DNA of 64,000 bases from Candidatus Bathyarchaeia archaeon. GTDB taxonomy: Bacteria; Patescibacteriota; Microgenomatia; PFEM01; JAFGMK01. The notes beneath the pieces are model-generated. The model had not been told where the DNA came from. It searched no databases and worked only from the letters and a program-made list of their open reading frames with translations. A program made the position numbers and the translations under genes. The stretch is from positions 29,384 through 93,383 of the forward strand of contig DATKWK010000017.1 of the NCBI GenBank assembly GCA_035529595.1. Reading direction: 5' to 3'. Shown one piece after another: positions 28,499 through 38,088 of this stretch (the first letter of the stretch is position 1; each line of letters opens with the position of its first letter).

Positions 28499-29992
28499 TT
28501 ATTGCCGTCTAAGTTTGAACCTAGCTTTAAAATGCCTTAAAGGCAAATCGCGCCCATAGACGACATCAACGGGTGGGATTTTATCTCTTTCCTTGTATAA
28601 ATTCTTGACCGCTTCAACCACCGAATCCAAATCTTGTTTCTCATAACGGAGCCGGGGAACCGCAAACCTGACAAAGTTAACTTCAGGAAATGTCTCTTTT
28701 CCGGTTTCTTGATCATACGAACCAAAAGCAAAATAGCCCAGTTCACAAGCTCGATGGCCATAAGCCGCTAACAGAACGGCAGTAAAGGCAATCCCACCAA
28801 AATCATCAGGCTTCATTTTGGTGCCGGCAAAAAATCTGTTTACATCCAAATAAACTGCGTGGCCGCCAATCGGGGTTAGCACCGGTACACCCTGTTGCCG
28901 CATACCTTCGCCGAACTCTCGAATCTGATTGATCCGATAATCAAGATATTTTTCCCCAACGACCGTCCTTAATCCGACTGATAAAGTCATAATATCCCGT
29001 CCTGAAAGCCCGCCGTAGGTGGGGTGGCCTTCTTTAATAATTTGATAATTCATCAAGGCATCGGGAAGCCGTGGATATTTTTTAACAAACAATCCACCGT
29101 CCTTCAGAAAGATCCCTCCGCCCATATTGGCCAACCCGTCTTTTTTAAAACTTATCGTAAAACCATCAACCTGGGAAAACATCTCCTGAACAATTTCACT
29201 GATCTTCTTATTTTTATAACCCCGTTCAAATTTCTTAACAAACCAGGCATTCTCAGCAAAACGGCAGGCATCAAAAAACAAAGGAATTCCGAATCTATGC
29301 GAGAGCTCGGAAACCGTTTTGATATTTTCCATTGAAACCGGCTGGCCACCGCCCTTATTATTGGTAATCGTCAAATAAACGAGTGGTATTTTATGGCGCA
29401 TCTTTTTCAAAAGCCTTCCAAATTTGACTAGGTTCATATTACCCTTAAAATGCGAACTGGAATTCTGGTCTAATAACTCGGAAGAAAAAAGACTTAGGGC
29501 TTGTATCTTGTTAGTTTCAATATTGGCCTCGGTCGTATCAAAATGCCCATTACTGGGAATGGCCAGGCCTGTCCCAAGTCTGCCTAAGGCAGTGAAAAGA
29601 GCATCTTCGCTCGGCCTGCCTTGATGAAAAATAAAAGCGTTCGGCCGATTGGCCGTGGGGTGGTTAAAAAACATCTCGCCAAAGGTTTCTTTGATCTGTT
29701 TCATCAGTAAAAAATAACCTTTGTTTGAGCCATAAGCCTCGTCGCCTAAATGAAGAGCTGCCCATTGCTCATTCGTCATTGTGGTTGTGCCCGAATCTGA
29801 TAAAAAATCACCACCGGTAATCATCTCCGAAGGAAAAAAGAAGACATTCGAACCAACCGCTTCAAGCATTTTTGCCCGGTCCTTAGCCGAGTAAATACCT
29901 TTAAATTCCACCGAATGATTAAAGTACGGTCTGGCTTTGACCGTCAGTTTTTCTTCAGGTAAGAAAGTATCAATCACGGTAGTCAGCTGCAT
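28499..29992 (-). CDS. Beta-eliminating lyase family protein (tryptophanase/tyrosine phenol-lyase-like, PLP-dependent)
   Basis: DFLSDSGTTTMTNEQWAALHLGDEAYGSNKGY resembles the tryptophanase/TPL N-terminal region. SFKKDGLANMGG resembles the PLP-Lys region. 497 aa. Confidence 0.7.
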   Translation of the reverse strand: MQLTTVIDTFLPEEKLTVKARPYFNHSVEFKGIYSAKDRAKMLEAVGSNVFFFPSEMITGGDFLSDSGTTTMTNEQWAALHLGDEAYGSNKGYFLLMKQIKETFGEMFFNHPTANRPNAFIFHQGRPSEDALFTALGRLGTGLAIPSNGHFDTTEANIETNKIQALSLFSSELLDQNSSSHFKGNMNLVKFGRLLKKMRHKIPLVYLTITNNKGGGQPVSMENIKTVSELSHRFGIPLFFDACRFAENAWFVKKFERGYKNKKISEIVQEMFSQVDGFTISFKKDGLANMGGGIFLKDGGLFVKKYPRLPDALMNYQIIKEGHPTYGGLSGRDIMTLSVGLRTVVGEKYLDYRINQIREFGEGMRQQGVPVLTPIGGHAVYLDVNRFFAGTKMKPDDFGGIAFTAVLLAAYGHRACELGYFAFGSYDQETGKETFPEVNFVRFAVPRLRYEKQDLDSVVEAVKNLYKERDKIPPVDVVYGRDLPLRHFKARFKLRRQ

Positions 29993-30262
29993 TTCCCTCC
30001 TTTAAAAATTTATTACCAGGCGGCGAACCATTAACGCTGTCAGAACCTATTTCCTACATATCCCCCGGTCTGTATCTATGCCAGTTAAGAATAAGGGTAC
30101 TTACATTGATATCCTGGGAAACATTCTTTAAACCATTGGGGTGGTTTTCCACAAACTTGACCAGGTAAAGCGTATTTTAACAAAACATACCCCATTATTA
30201 ATAAAAACATTAATACAATAACAAAGAATAATTTCTTCATAATTTAATCAAATTTGATTCTG

Positions 30263-30349
30263 CGGAGAGGGCGGGATTCGAACTCGCGTGGGAATTACTT
30301 CCCCCAAGCTTTTCGAGAGCTGGCCGTTAAACCACTCCGGCACCTCTCC
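30263..30349 (-). tRNA. tRNA-Ser (anticodon CGA), long variable arm; slightly irregular anticodon and T stems
   Basis: Acceptor GGAGAGG/CCTCTCC and anticodon loop CTCGAAA. The anticodon stem has a C-T mismatch or bulge, and the T-stem has one A-C mismatch. It may be a divergent or pseudo tRNA. Confidence 0.55.
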
Positions 30350-30401
30350 ATTCGTCAAAAACAAATACTAATCTCGATTGATTATTTACATCAATTTGTA
30401 G

Positions 30402-30475
30402 TGCGCCTGAGAGGATTCGAACCTCTGACCTTCTCCTCCGCAGGGAGACGCTCTTATCCCCTGAGCTACAGGCGC
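30402..30475 (-). tRNA. tRNA-Arg (anticodon GCG)
   Basis: Acceptor GCGCCTG/CAGGCGC; anticodon stem TCTCC/GGAGA with loop CTGCGGA; T-loop TTCGAAT. Confidence 0.75.
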
Positions 30476-30677
30476 GCAATTTATCCTTATTCTATCACGC
30501 ACGACTCAATCTTTCCAAAGAAAGATATCCCCTCGATTATAAATAGAGATATAAAAAATATCATCGCCAACTTCCGATCAAACGTAATAGCCTTTTTTTT
30601 CAATTTTTGAGCTTATAAAACGGGGTAAAAAAAATTAGTCAAAATTAGCTGCATTTAGCAAACTATCTCTATAAGAA

Positions 30678-31238
30678 TTATTGTGAAGAGGGTTTTTCAA
30701 GAGGAATTTTCGTCGATAACCAATTAGTCGCTTTCTCAAGCCAACTTAGTTTAACTTCCTCATAATTTAAAAAGCGGGAAAGAAGCCGATTTATCTCTTC
30801 TTCTTTTTGCATACCTAAAAGAAGAATTAAGGTACCGGGAAACTGAAAGGGAGTCCTGATATTGAGAACTTTTTCTCCCCATTGCTCGCCGAACCAAAAG
30901 ATTCCTAATTCATCCCAGCTGTAATTTTTACCGCTTGTGGAGATCCCCTTGTTAGTAATCTGATGTTCAGTTTCTTCAGGTGGAACGGTGGAAAGAATAT
31001 AAACAAAAAATAAAAGCGCAATAATGGCAATGATTAGAAACCATTCCTTCAAAAAAAACAGAATAACGCCGAAGAGAAAGGCAATTGCTACGGCAGTAGA
31101 GTAAAATTCCTTATTTCTTTTTTTAAAGGGTCTGACCGGCGCTTTCCAAGTTAAAAGCAATTCTCTTTTGACCCCTCTTTCTGTCTCAATCTTTTCCTTT
31201 TTAAGAGTTGTGACTGAAGCTCTCTTTTCAGCCGCCAT
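30678..31238 (-). CDS. Hypothetical membrane protein (2 TM)
   Basis: 186 aa with the hydrophobic segments AIAFLFGVILFFL and IIAIIALLFFVYIL. Confidence 0.5.
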   Translation of the reverse strand: MAAEKRASVTTLKKEKIETERGVKRELLLTWKAPVRPFKKRNKEFYSTAVAIAFLFGVILFFLKEWFLIIAIIALLFFVYILSTVPPEETEHQITNKGISTSGKNYSWDELGIFWFGEQWGEKVLNIRTPFQFPGTLILLLGMQKEEEINRLLSRFLNYEEVKLSWLEKATNWLSTKIPLEKPSSQ

Positions 31239-31338
31239 ATCAGCCCTCCTTGATTTAGTGTAAACAATAATTTTTAAAAAGGCAAGCAGGAGTTTTTCCC
31301 GACCCTGAGGATTAAAGTCAAACTTCGTAAAACACCAG

Positions 31339-31424
31339 CGGAAGGGGCGAGATTCGAACTCGCGAGTCCCTTACAGGACACTGGTTCTCAAGACCAGCGC
31401 ATTAAACCGCTCTGCCACCCTTCC
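31339..31424 (-). tRNA. tRNA-Ser (anticodon TGA), long variable arm
   Basis: Acceptor GGAAGGG/CCCTTCC; anticodon stem CTGGT/ACCAG with loop CTTGAGA; variable-arm hairpin GTCC...GGAC; T-arm GCGAG-TTCGAAT-CTCGC. Confidence 0.8.
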
Positions 31425-31523
31425 AAAAATAGAGTTTATTTTCCCAATATTTTCTCTAAGAAACGGTCAGCTCCTTCCCTATGCAAACTTTGACGTATCT
31501 TAAAATACCGGGGGCTAAAATTG

Positions 31524-31611
31524 CGGAGGAGGTGGGATTCGAACCCACGTGAGCCTTTCAGCTCATCGGTTTAGCAAACCGACGCAATGGACCAAACTAT
31601 GCGACTCCTCC
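31524..31611 (-). tRNA. tRNA-Ser (anticodon GCT), long variable arm
   Basis: Acceptor GGAGGAG/CTCCTCC; anticodon stem TCGGT/ACCGA with loop TTGCTAA; T-arm GTGGG-TTCGAAT-CCCAC. Confidence 0.8.
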
Positions 31612-31638
31612 AATAAATTAATTATAGCAAACCTATAT

Positions 31639-32334
31639 TTACCTAGCCATTGTCATCCCCCAAACTCTAACAGCTTTAGTCTTTTTGAGAACCCGGGCAC
31701 ACTCTTTAATAGTTGAACCAGTTGTCCAAACGTCATCAAATAAGATAAATTTTGAATTGGGAATTCTAAGTTTTAAAATCGGGTTGATCTTAAAAGCCCC
31801 CCGAATATTAGCATACCGGTCTTTTATCTCTCTAATCTCTGCTTGCGGCTGGGTATATTTACGCCGTATCAAGACTTGACCATTAAATCTTAAATTCAAC
31901 ATCCCGGCTATTTTCTCCCCCAAAATTTGTGCTTGATTAAAACCGCGCCATCTTTCTCTTCGGAAATAAAGCGGAACCGGTGTTAAAATCCAACTACCGT
32001 CAAATTTGGGGAAAAATCTGCCTTGGCCTTCCCGAAAATGCTTGATTATCAGGTTAACCATTTCTTCAGCCAAATCAGTAATGAATCTGTACTTTAGTTT
32101 TTTAATCGCCTGCTGGATCATTCCTTCATATTTAAAAACAGTCACCAAACCGTCAAGAGAAAATACCCCTCGACATTGCGTGTGGATGGCACCATAAATC
32201 GAAGACCGAAAACAAAAAGGACAAACCGAAGCCTTAGGTGGCTTAACTGACGGAAGACAACCAGAACAAAAATATCGACCAACTTTGTTGCAGCCTAAAC
32301 ACCGACGAGGAAAAGGAAAATCCAACCAACCCAT
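31639..32334 (-). CDS. comF: ComF-family protein (competence-associated phosphoribosyltransferase with N-terminal zinc finger)
   Basis: N-terminal Cys cluster CLGCNKVGRYFCSGCL...CPFCF and the PRTase motif ILFDDVWTTGST. 231 aa. Confidence 0.8.
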   Translation of the reverse strand: MGWLDFPFPRRCLGCNKVGRYFCSGCLPSVKPPKASVCPFCFRSSIYGAIHTQCRGVFSLDGLVTVFKYEGMIQQAIKKLKYRFITDLAEEMVNLIIKHFREGQGRFFPKFDGSWILTPVPLYFRRERWRGFNQAQILGEKIAGMLNLRFNGQVLIRRKYTQPQAEIREIKDRYANIRGAFKINPILKLRIPNSKFILFDDVWTTGSTIKECARVLKKTKAVRVWGMTMAR

Positions 32335-32385
32335 CGATTCATCTTATCACCAAATTGCCCCACCGATTAGGCAAGGCAATTTCCA

Positions 32386-32774
32386 GGTGGAGACGCCCGG
32401 ATTTGAACCGGGGTCCGAAATTACTTTTTAACAACTTCTACAAGCTTAGTCGACCTTTAATTTTCGCTTCAATCTGATCCAGCCGACGGGAATATTGAAG
32501 CTAAGGCTATTTAAGACTTGGTTCCGCCAGTTTAGCCAAACCGGCGGGATTGTATCCTGGCTTCATTCATGCCCGCCAGATTCCACCAGGAAAGAACCTT
32601 GCGGACAGCATCAATGCCCTGAGCTAGGCATATACGTAAGCATACGCACCACTATCGGCATATCCGCGATCAACATTCTTGTTGACATTTATCTATTGAT
32701 CCTGTTTTAACACTTAGAATCAAAGTGTGCTTGCTGTTGTTAAAGAGCAGATTCCGTCGAAACCTTTCGTCCCC
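32386..32774 (-). ncRNA. ssrA: tmRNA (SsrA)
   Basis: Minus-strand 5' end GGGGACGAAAGGTTTCGACGGAATC is a canonical tmRNA start. The 3' tRNA-like end ...GGTTCAAATCCGGGCGTCTCCACC has its acceptor pairing with the 5' end. The length is about 389 nt. It sits immediately beside smpB. The tag-peptide frame was not resolved. Confidence 0.75.
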
Positions 32775-32819
32775 AAGATAACCTAATTTTATATGAAAAG
32801 GGCCAAAAAATCAATATTT

Positions 32820-33254
32820 TCACTTTTTTAACTCTCTTTTGACTTCCCTTTGCAAGTCTCTTCTTCTGATCGTCTCCCTTTTATCCCATCTCTTCTTGCC
32901 TTTTGCCAAAGCGATTTCCAGCTTAATCCTTCCTTTCTTGGTGTAACAACTCACCGGTACCAGAGTTAAATTCTTAGCTTCCATTTTCTTGGCCAAACTT
33001 AAGATCTCTTTCTTATGTAACAGGAGCCGACGACTTTTTTTTGAATCGTAATCTTGATCACCGGCATATTTATAGGGCGGTATATGGGCATTAACCAGAT
33101 AAGCGCCATCGTCAGTGAGACGGACAAAACTCTCCTCCATCTTGATTTTGTTTTCTTTAACAGACTTCACTTCAGCTCCAGTCAAAACAATACCGGCTTC
33201 GATTCTTTCAAAGAGCTGGTAATCGTAGTTAGCCCGACGGTTATAGACCTTCAT
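32820..33254 (-). CDS. smpB: SsrA-binding protein SmpB
   Basis: 144 aa with the N-terminal pattern ...DYQLFERIEAGIVLTGAEVKS, typical of SmpB, and a basic C-terminal tail. Confidence 0.9.
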   Translation of the reverse strand: MKVYNRRANYDYQLFERIEAGIVLTGAEVKSVKENKIKMEESFVRLTDDGAYLVNAHIPPYKYAGDQDYDSKKSRRLLLHKKEILSLAKKMEAKNLTLVPVSCYTKKGRIKLEIALAKGKKRWDKRETIRRRDLQREVKRELKK

Positions 33255-33302
33255 GAATTTAACTTTAAGTTCTTTTCGTAAAAAACTGTGATTGCCTATT
33301 AA

Positions 33303-35264
33303 TCATTGTTTAATCTTTATCTCGTATATTTTGCTCCCCCCGAGAAGCCAAACTTTACTCATCTTTTCTGAAACAACAAAATCGTCAATGAGCATTTGCG
33401 AAGACCAAATATACTGACAGCGATATTCACCATTTTTACTCAGAACAACAATTCGCCGGTTATCCTGATCCAAAATATAAAGATTTTCTTGATCCATATC
33501 GGTATAAATGCGCCCTATTGAAGAAAAAGGTTTATCTAAACCGGCAATTCCGAAAGGATCGGTAAAACCTTGGGTGAACTTTAGGATTTTTCCTCCTTGT
33601 TTGTAGATCCAAACCGAACCGTTTATCGACATCGAAACCGAACCGGCAAGATCATCCTGGTTACCTTTTGCCCAAGATTGCTTAGCACCAAAACCGCCCT
33701 CAATAACCGGATACCGAAAAAGGCCGGCATTCTTTGAATCAAGCAGGTAAAGATTACCAAAATATGCCCTAAGATCCACTACTTCTCCCCATGTTTGGTC
33801 CCATTCGACAATAACCCGAGGTTGATCATCATTAATGACTTGTTCGATTATGCCTTTTTTTGTCAAGACAAATATTTTATCGTCCGAAACTGCCAACTGA
33901 GATGCTCCCTCGAAACTGTCTCCACCGGCCAGTATCTTACCTTTCTTATTCTCGGTTCCAATCCCATAGACTGCTTTATTCTCATCCAACACAATCAAAT
34001 TATCTCCTAATAAAGCCAATTCTTTGCCCATACCTCCTTCTTTAACTATCTCTAAGTCAAAAAAAAGAGGTAAATCTGCTAAATTATATTCTCTTAAAAG
34101 TAACTTCATTGTTTCTTCAATTTGTTTTTTTAACCCGGATATTGTTTGATTATCTTTTTCTTCCGGCTTAAAGCCGCCTGCCAATTCCCAAGCTTCGGAT
34201 AACAATTGACGGGACCGGATGGGATTAAGTTCAACGAGATTTTTTCCTTCATTGATTTTCGATTCGATCTCTGCTAAAAGCGTTCTGATTTCAGTTTTAT
34301 GCTGTAAAGTCCTTTTTTGTCTTACTCCAAAAACAATACTGGCAGCCAAAAGTAAAATTGAGATAACGCCAATGCGCAAAAAAGGCAAAGACCTCTTTTT
34401 CCGTTCCTCAGGAGAAATTCTACCCAAGTATATCTGCCCGCCTCTGATCCTTTTTGAAAATAAGGCCCGAACAGTCTTTACGGAAATTACTAATTTTGTT
34501 TTCAAATTAGCCAAAGCCGTGAGTTTTTTAGGCTTCGAAGAAGGTTTTTCGGTTTCTTTTTTATCGATAACTGGCGATTTCTGCCCAGTGAGAAAAGGTT
34601 CTTTAAAATGGTCAGAAGCTTCATTCGTTGTTAACTTAATCTGGGCGATAACACCGACCGCAGCGCTCGAATCTTTTTTACCGTAAACAATTGGCGCTAA
34701 GGATTCGGCTACCTCCTCGACACCGCTACCTGATAAGGCTGCTTTGATCACCCCTTCGGCAACGTTTAACCAAAAATCACTGCTGGCTAATAATAGGAAA
34801 TCTCCTTCTTGTAAATAACCGCTAGAAGAGTTTAGTTCTCCCGATCTTCCCCGACAAACTACGGAAAGTAAGTCACCTCGCCCTAACATTGCTTTACCTG
34901 CGCCGTAAATTACTAAATAAACCAATTCTTCCCAAAAGACGGCGACGGCTATTTCCACCGTAAAGCCATCGGTAATTTCCCTGGCTACTTTTAAAACAGA
35001 CTTTTTAAGGTGTTCTAAAATCCCGTCCTCAACTTCCCCATAATATTCCTCATGGAGACGGGCGATTATCTCTCGGCCATAGAGAACCATTTCTTTATCC
35101 CGGTTATCTCCAGTTATCTTTTTCCCCAGAGAGATAGCTGCCAATAGCTGACCGCGCTTCTTGATTTTTATTTCCTCATCGGGAAGAAAACTATGGACTT
35201 GAGACCAAGAGAAACCAGTTGAAGTTCCGACAATTTTACCGATCTCGATTTGGTATCGATTCAT
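33303..35264 (-). CDS. Hypothetical membrane-anchored protein with a C-terminal beta-propeller-like repeat region
   Basis: 653 aa with a central TM (LPFLRIGVISILLLAASIVFGV). C-terminal repeats are rich in G/D/Y (..YILDQDNRRIVV.., ..LYLLDSKNAGLFRY..) and look NHL/propeller-like. Confidence 0.45.
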   Translation of the reverse strand: MNRYQIEIGKIVGTSTGFSWSQVHSFLPDEEIKIKKRGQLLAAISLGKKITGDNRDKEMVLYGREIIARLHEEYYGEVEDGILEHLKKSVLKVAREITDGFTVEIAVAVFWEELVYLVIYGAGKAMLGRGDLLSVVCRGRSGELNSSSGYLQEGDFLLLASSDFWLNVAEGVIKAALSGSGVEEVAESLAPIVYGKKDSSAAVGVIAQIKLTTNEASDHFKEPFLTGQKSPVIDKKETEKPSSKPKKLTALANLKTKLVISVKTVRALFSKRIRGGQIYLGRISPEERKKRSLPFLRIGVISILLLAASIVFGVRQKRTLQHKTEIRTLLAEIESKINEGKNLVELNPIRSRQLLSEAWELAGGFKPEEKDNQTISGLKKQIEETMKLLLREYNLADLPLFFDLEIVKEGGMGKELALLGDNLIVLDENKAVYGIGTENKKGKILAGGDSFEGASQLAVSDDKIFVLTKKGIIEQVINDDQPRVIVEWDQTWGEVVDLRAYFGNLYLLDSKNAGLFRYPVIEGGFGAKQSWAKGNQDDLAGSVSMSINGSVWIYKQGGKILKFTQGFTDPFGIAGLDKPFSSIGRIYTDMDQENLYILDQDNRRIVVLSKNGEYRCQYIWSSQMLIDDFVVSEKMSKVWLLGGSKIYEIKIKQ

Positions 35265-35271
35265 CTTAAAG

Positions 35272-35523
35272 TTAAAGTAAAATCATAGCAAGCAAGAAAA
35301 CAATAATAGTAGCCAAAAAATACAGCCAGGCAATCGTTTTTAACGGACCTTGGGATTTGCCATTCAGAGATCGTCCCATTAAACCTACCTGCCTAACGAT
35401 CATCACGGAAAACCCAATATAAAAGAAAAGGCCAATTAAAATCGCAATTTTAACCAGATTCCAAACTTGCAGACGGAGACCGGTCAGCTGGTTAATTAAC
35501 TGGGTAAAAAAACTCTCAGGCAT
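35272..35523 (-). CDS. Small membrane protein (2 TM)
   Basis: 83 aa with two hydrophobic helices. Confidence 0.45.
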   Translation of the reverse strand: MPESFFTQLINQLTGLRLQVWNLVKIAILIGLFFYIGFSVMIVRQVGLMGRSLNGKSQGPLKTIAWLYFLATIIVFLLAMILL

Positions 35524-35528
35524 TATTT

Positions 35529-36188
35529 TTATCTCGCCCTTCCCTCTAATTTTTCAATTTCTTCTTCGCTAATTAATTCGCGCAATATTTTAGCAACCCG
35601 ACCCGGATCGGGAACATTGTAAAATTCAAAACGGGCTTGTTCGGCCGCTGTCTGAATAAAAACGTCACCAAAATTAAAAAGATTTCTTAAGAACCCGCCG
35701 ACCCTATAAGTCACATCTTGAATATCTTCGGTTTTGGCATCGGATATTTCTTTATAAATCAAACCATAAAAATCAAAATCGATAATCCGTTCATCAGTAA
35801 TAATGAAGACGTTGAAAAACCAACCCAAAAAATGCTGAAAAATAAATCCTCCTAAGAATAAGTACCAAAGTAGAATAGCCATTACCTTAAATCTTAGGGG
35901 AAGAAAACCAAAAGGCAAGAGAATAAGCAAAAATCCGGGTAAAACCGTAAGCAGTACACTAAGAGCAACCCAACCGATATTAGTTATCCAGTGATTCCGG
36001 AGAATAAGAATGATCTCTTCGTCTTTTTCCTGAGTTTCAAAACTCCAATTTTTAGGCGCACTAATAAAAGCTGAGAGAGGATGAGCGACCCTGTCTCTCT
36101 TTATCCTCTCAAGCTCACTTTCCGGTGACGGATTCGGTAAAACCTGAGCATTGCGATTATCTGGAGAAGCAATAAAAACATCAGGCAT
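35529..36188 (-). CDS. Membrane protein with a bacterial PH-like (YdbS/YdbT-type) C-terminal domain
   Basis: 219 aa with multi-TM segments followed by ...IITDERIIDFDFYGLIYKEISDAKTEDIQDV..., resembling bPH_2. Confidence 0.45.
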   Translation of the reverse strand: MPDVFIASPDNRNAQVLPNPSPESELERIKRDRVAHPLSAFISAPKNWSFETQEKDEEIILILRNHWITNIGWVALSVLLTVLPGFLLILLPFGFLPLRFKVMAILLWYLFLGGFIFQHFLGWFFNVFIITDERIIDFDFYGLIYKEISDAKTEDIQDVTYRVGGFLRNLFNFGDVFIQTAAEQARFEFYNVPDPGRVAKILRELISEEEIEKLEGRAR

Positions 36189-36229
36189 ATTGTTTCAGGC
36201 TAATTATAAACTCTAATTTCTAAATTTTA

Positions 36230-38020
36230 TCACTTTTTCTCAATATTAAACAAAGGACTACGAATAGCAATATAGCCTGGGGCGCGCAGATTAAAAGCCT
36301 GTTTATATTCCGACCCGGAAATAGTAACCGATCCTTTATTGGTATTTACAACCAGCGAATTCGTCTCGCCATTATTTCCATAATTGATCGTGACCGAAGA
36401 AACAGCCGTAAAAGCTCCACCTAGACTGCCGGCTTTATTCTTAAGCTCTTCTAGCGTATAAGGGTTTCCGTCAACTCCACCGATCGGGCATTGGTTAATC
36501 GTTACCGGCAAAATTCGCTCATCATTACCCACATCTCTTAAAACCTGCCAGGCATTTAAAATATCAGCCATCTCTTCACTCGTCAACCAAGGATGGGAAC
36601 GGTTACATTTAGCTGAATCAGCGGGATAATTTTGGGTAAACCAGCCACTGTAAAACCAAGGCGATCCGGCCTTGCTTTCCCAGCTTCTCGAAGCAAAACC
36701 TGGCCCGCCTTGGCCATCAACCGTATCCCAACTTGAGGTCGTTAAATAACCACCGGCGGTCGATGAATAAAAGGTGGTAACACCTTCGATTACTTGTCCC
36801 CGAGTCGCCTCAACTGCCTGCCGCCACTGGGCCGGCGGATTATCCGCTTTACCTTTATTAAAAACTTGACAGGATTGACTGGTGCAAATCGATCTCCCTT
36901 CAGCCTTATAACGATAAGCATAACTTCTGGCGGCAATTGCCTGGGCTTTTAAGGCCTCCGGATGCCAGCTTGAAGGCATCTCGGCAATACCGAAAAGATA
37001 ATAATTTTCAAAATCCAGGGCACCGTAGCCATCAATCAGAATCGTCCCGCCGGTATCTTTACCAACCGCTGTCTGATTATAGTAATGTCTGAGAATATCG
37101 TCAGTACTTTGACCGGCTTCGGCCCGGCCTTTAGCTCCGTATTGGCTCATGCCTTTCCGGTGTGTCCAAGCGCCGAAAGAAAAGGCGGCAAACCAATCGC
37201 CACCGCCCGGATCGCAATAGGCCGGACTTCCCGGCGGCCCGCTGCAGGGAATGTTACTGATAGGAACCTCGCCGACACTGGTGGTAAACGTTCCTGACCT
37301 GGCGGCCAATAAAGATTGCTGCTTAGCCGTCAATTGGGCAATCTTACCTTTGATGGCCCCGAGATAATTTTCGGTTTTTTCAACTTCTTCTCCCAAAAAT
37401 TGAGTCGCCTTATCAACTTCAATCCGTGTCTTGGCCAACCAAGCCTTATTGTTTTCTAACTTATCTCTATCACTATGAAGCTGTACCAGATTTTGAGAAA
37501 TCTTAATGATTGCCTCCTTGTCTTCGTTAGTGGCCGCTTGGCGATAAGAAAGCTCGCGCGTCAATTGAGAAGCGGTGGTCGACGAAAGCAGTAAAAACAG
37601 CGGAGAGTATTGGCTGCTGCGTTTGTAGTAACTACGCACCCGGAGGTTAAAAACTTCTTCCTGATGTTGTAAAACCGTTTCTCTTTCGACAATATCCGAT
37701 GCCAGCCTGTCTATCTCAGTCTCAGCTACCTGCATCATTCTTTTAAGATCCTCAAGGCGAGCTTTTAAACCGGCTAGTTTTTCTTTGTTCTTTTCATTAG
37801 CAACATCATAAAGTCCCCAAATCTCGCCGCATTCTTCTTTCTTGCGCTGGCATTCCTCAATCGTCTCACAGCTAGCATCATCGCAAGTCGCGGCAAAAAC
37901 AGAATCATTATTAAAATTACTGGTAAATAAAATACTGAAAACTGAGATAACCAAACCTAGAAAAAGCAGTATCTTTAGAGGTTTCATTCTTAAGTAAAAG
38001 TATACCATTAGGCTATTCAA
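36230..38020 (-). CDS. SpoIID/LytB-domain protein (peptidoglycan remodelling) with N-terminal signal/TM and coiled coil
   Basis: The WHPEALKAQAIAARSYA motif is characteristic of the SpoIID/LytB domain. N-terminal TM, then a long coiled coil. 596 aa. Confidence 0.7.
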   Translation of the reverse strand: MNSLMVYFYLRMKPLKILLFLGLVISVFSILFTSNFNNDSVFAATCDDASCETIEECQRKKEECGEIWGLYDVANEKNKEKLAGLKARLEDLKRMMQVAETEIDRLASDIVERETVLQHQEEVFNLRVRSYYKRSSQYSPLFLLLSSTTASQLTRELSYRQAATNEDKEAIIKISQNLVQLHSDRDKLENNKAWLAKTRIEVDKATQFLGEEVEKTENYLGAIKGKIAQLTAKQQSLLAARSGTFTTSVGEVPISNIPCSGPPGSPAYCDPGGGDWFAAFSFGAWTHRKGMSQYGAKGRAEAGQSTDDILRHYYNQTAVGKDTGGTILIDGYGALDFENYYLFGIAEMPSSWHPEALKAQAIAARSYAYRYKAEGRSICTSQSCQVFNKGKADNPPAQWRQAVEATRGQVIEGVTTFYSSTAGGYLTTSSWDTVDGQGGPGFASRSWESKAGSPWFYSGWFTQNYPADSAKCNRSHPWLTSEEMADILNAWQVLRDVGNDERILPVTINQCPIGGVDGNPYTLEELKNKAGSLGGAFTAVSSVTINYGNNGETNSLVVNTNKGSVTISGSEYKQAFNLRAPGYIAIRSPLFNIEKK

Positions 38021-38088
38021 CGCACAACTTACAAAATCTATTAATCGACTCTTGCTTAGCAGATTATCATTATGCTAGACTGGAGAAA

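Noticed and set aside
30254-30610. 118-aa plus-strand ORF from the six-frame track
   Set aside because: It lies entirely across the tRNA-Ser(CGA) and tRNA-Arg(GCG) genes and their spacer. It is a chance ORF on the strand opposite GC-rich tRNA sequence.
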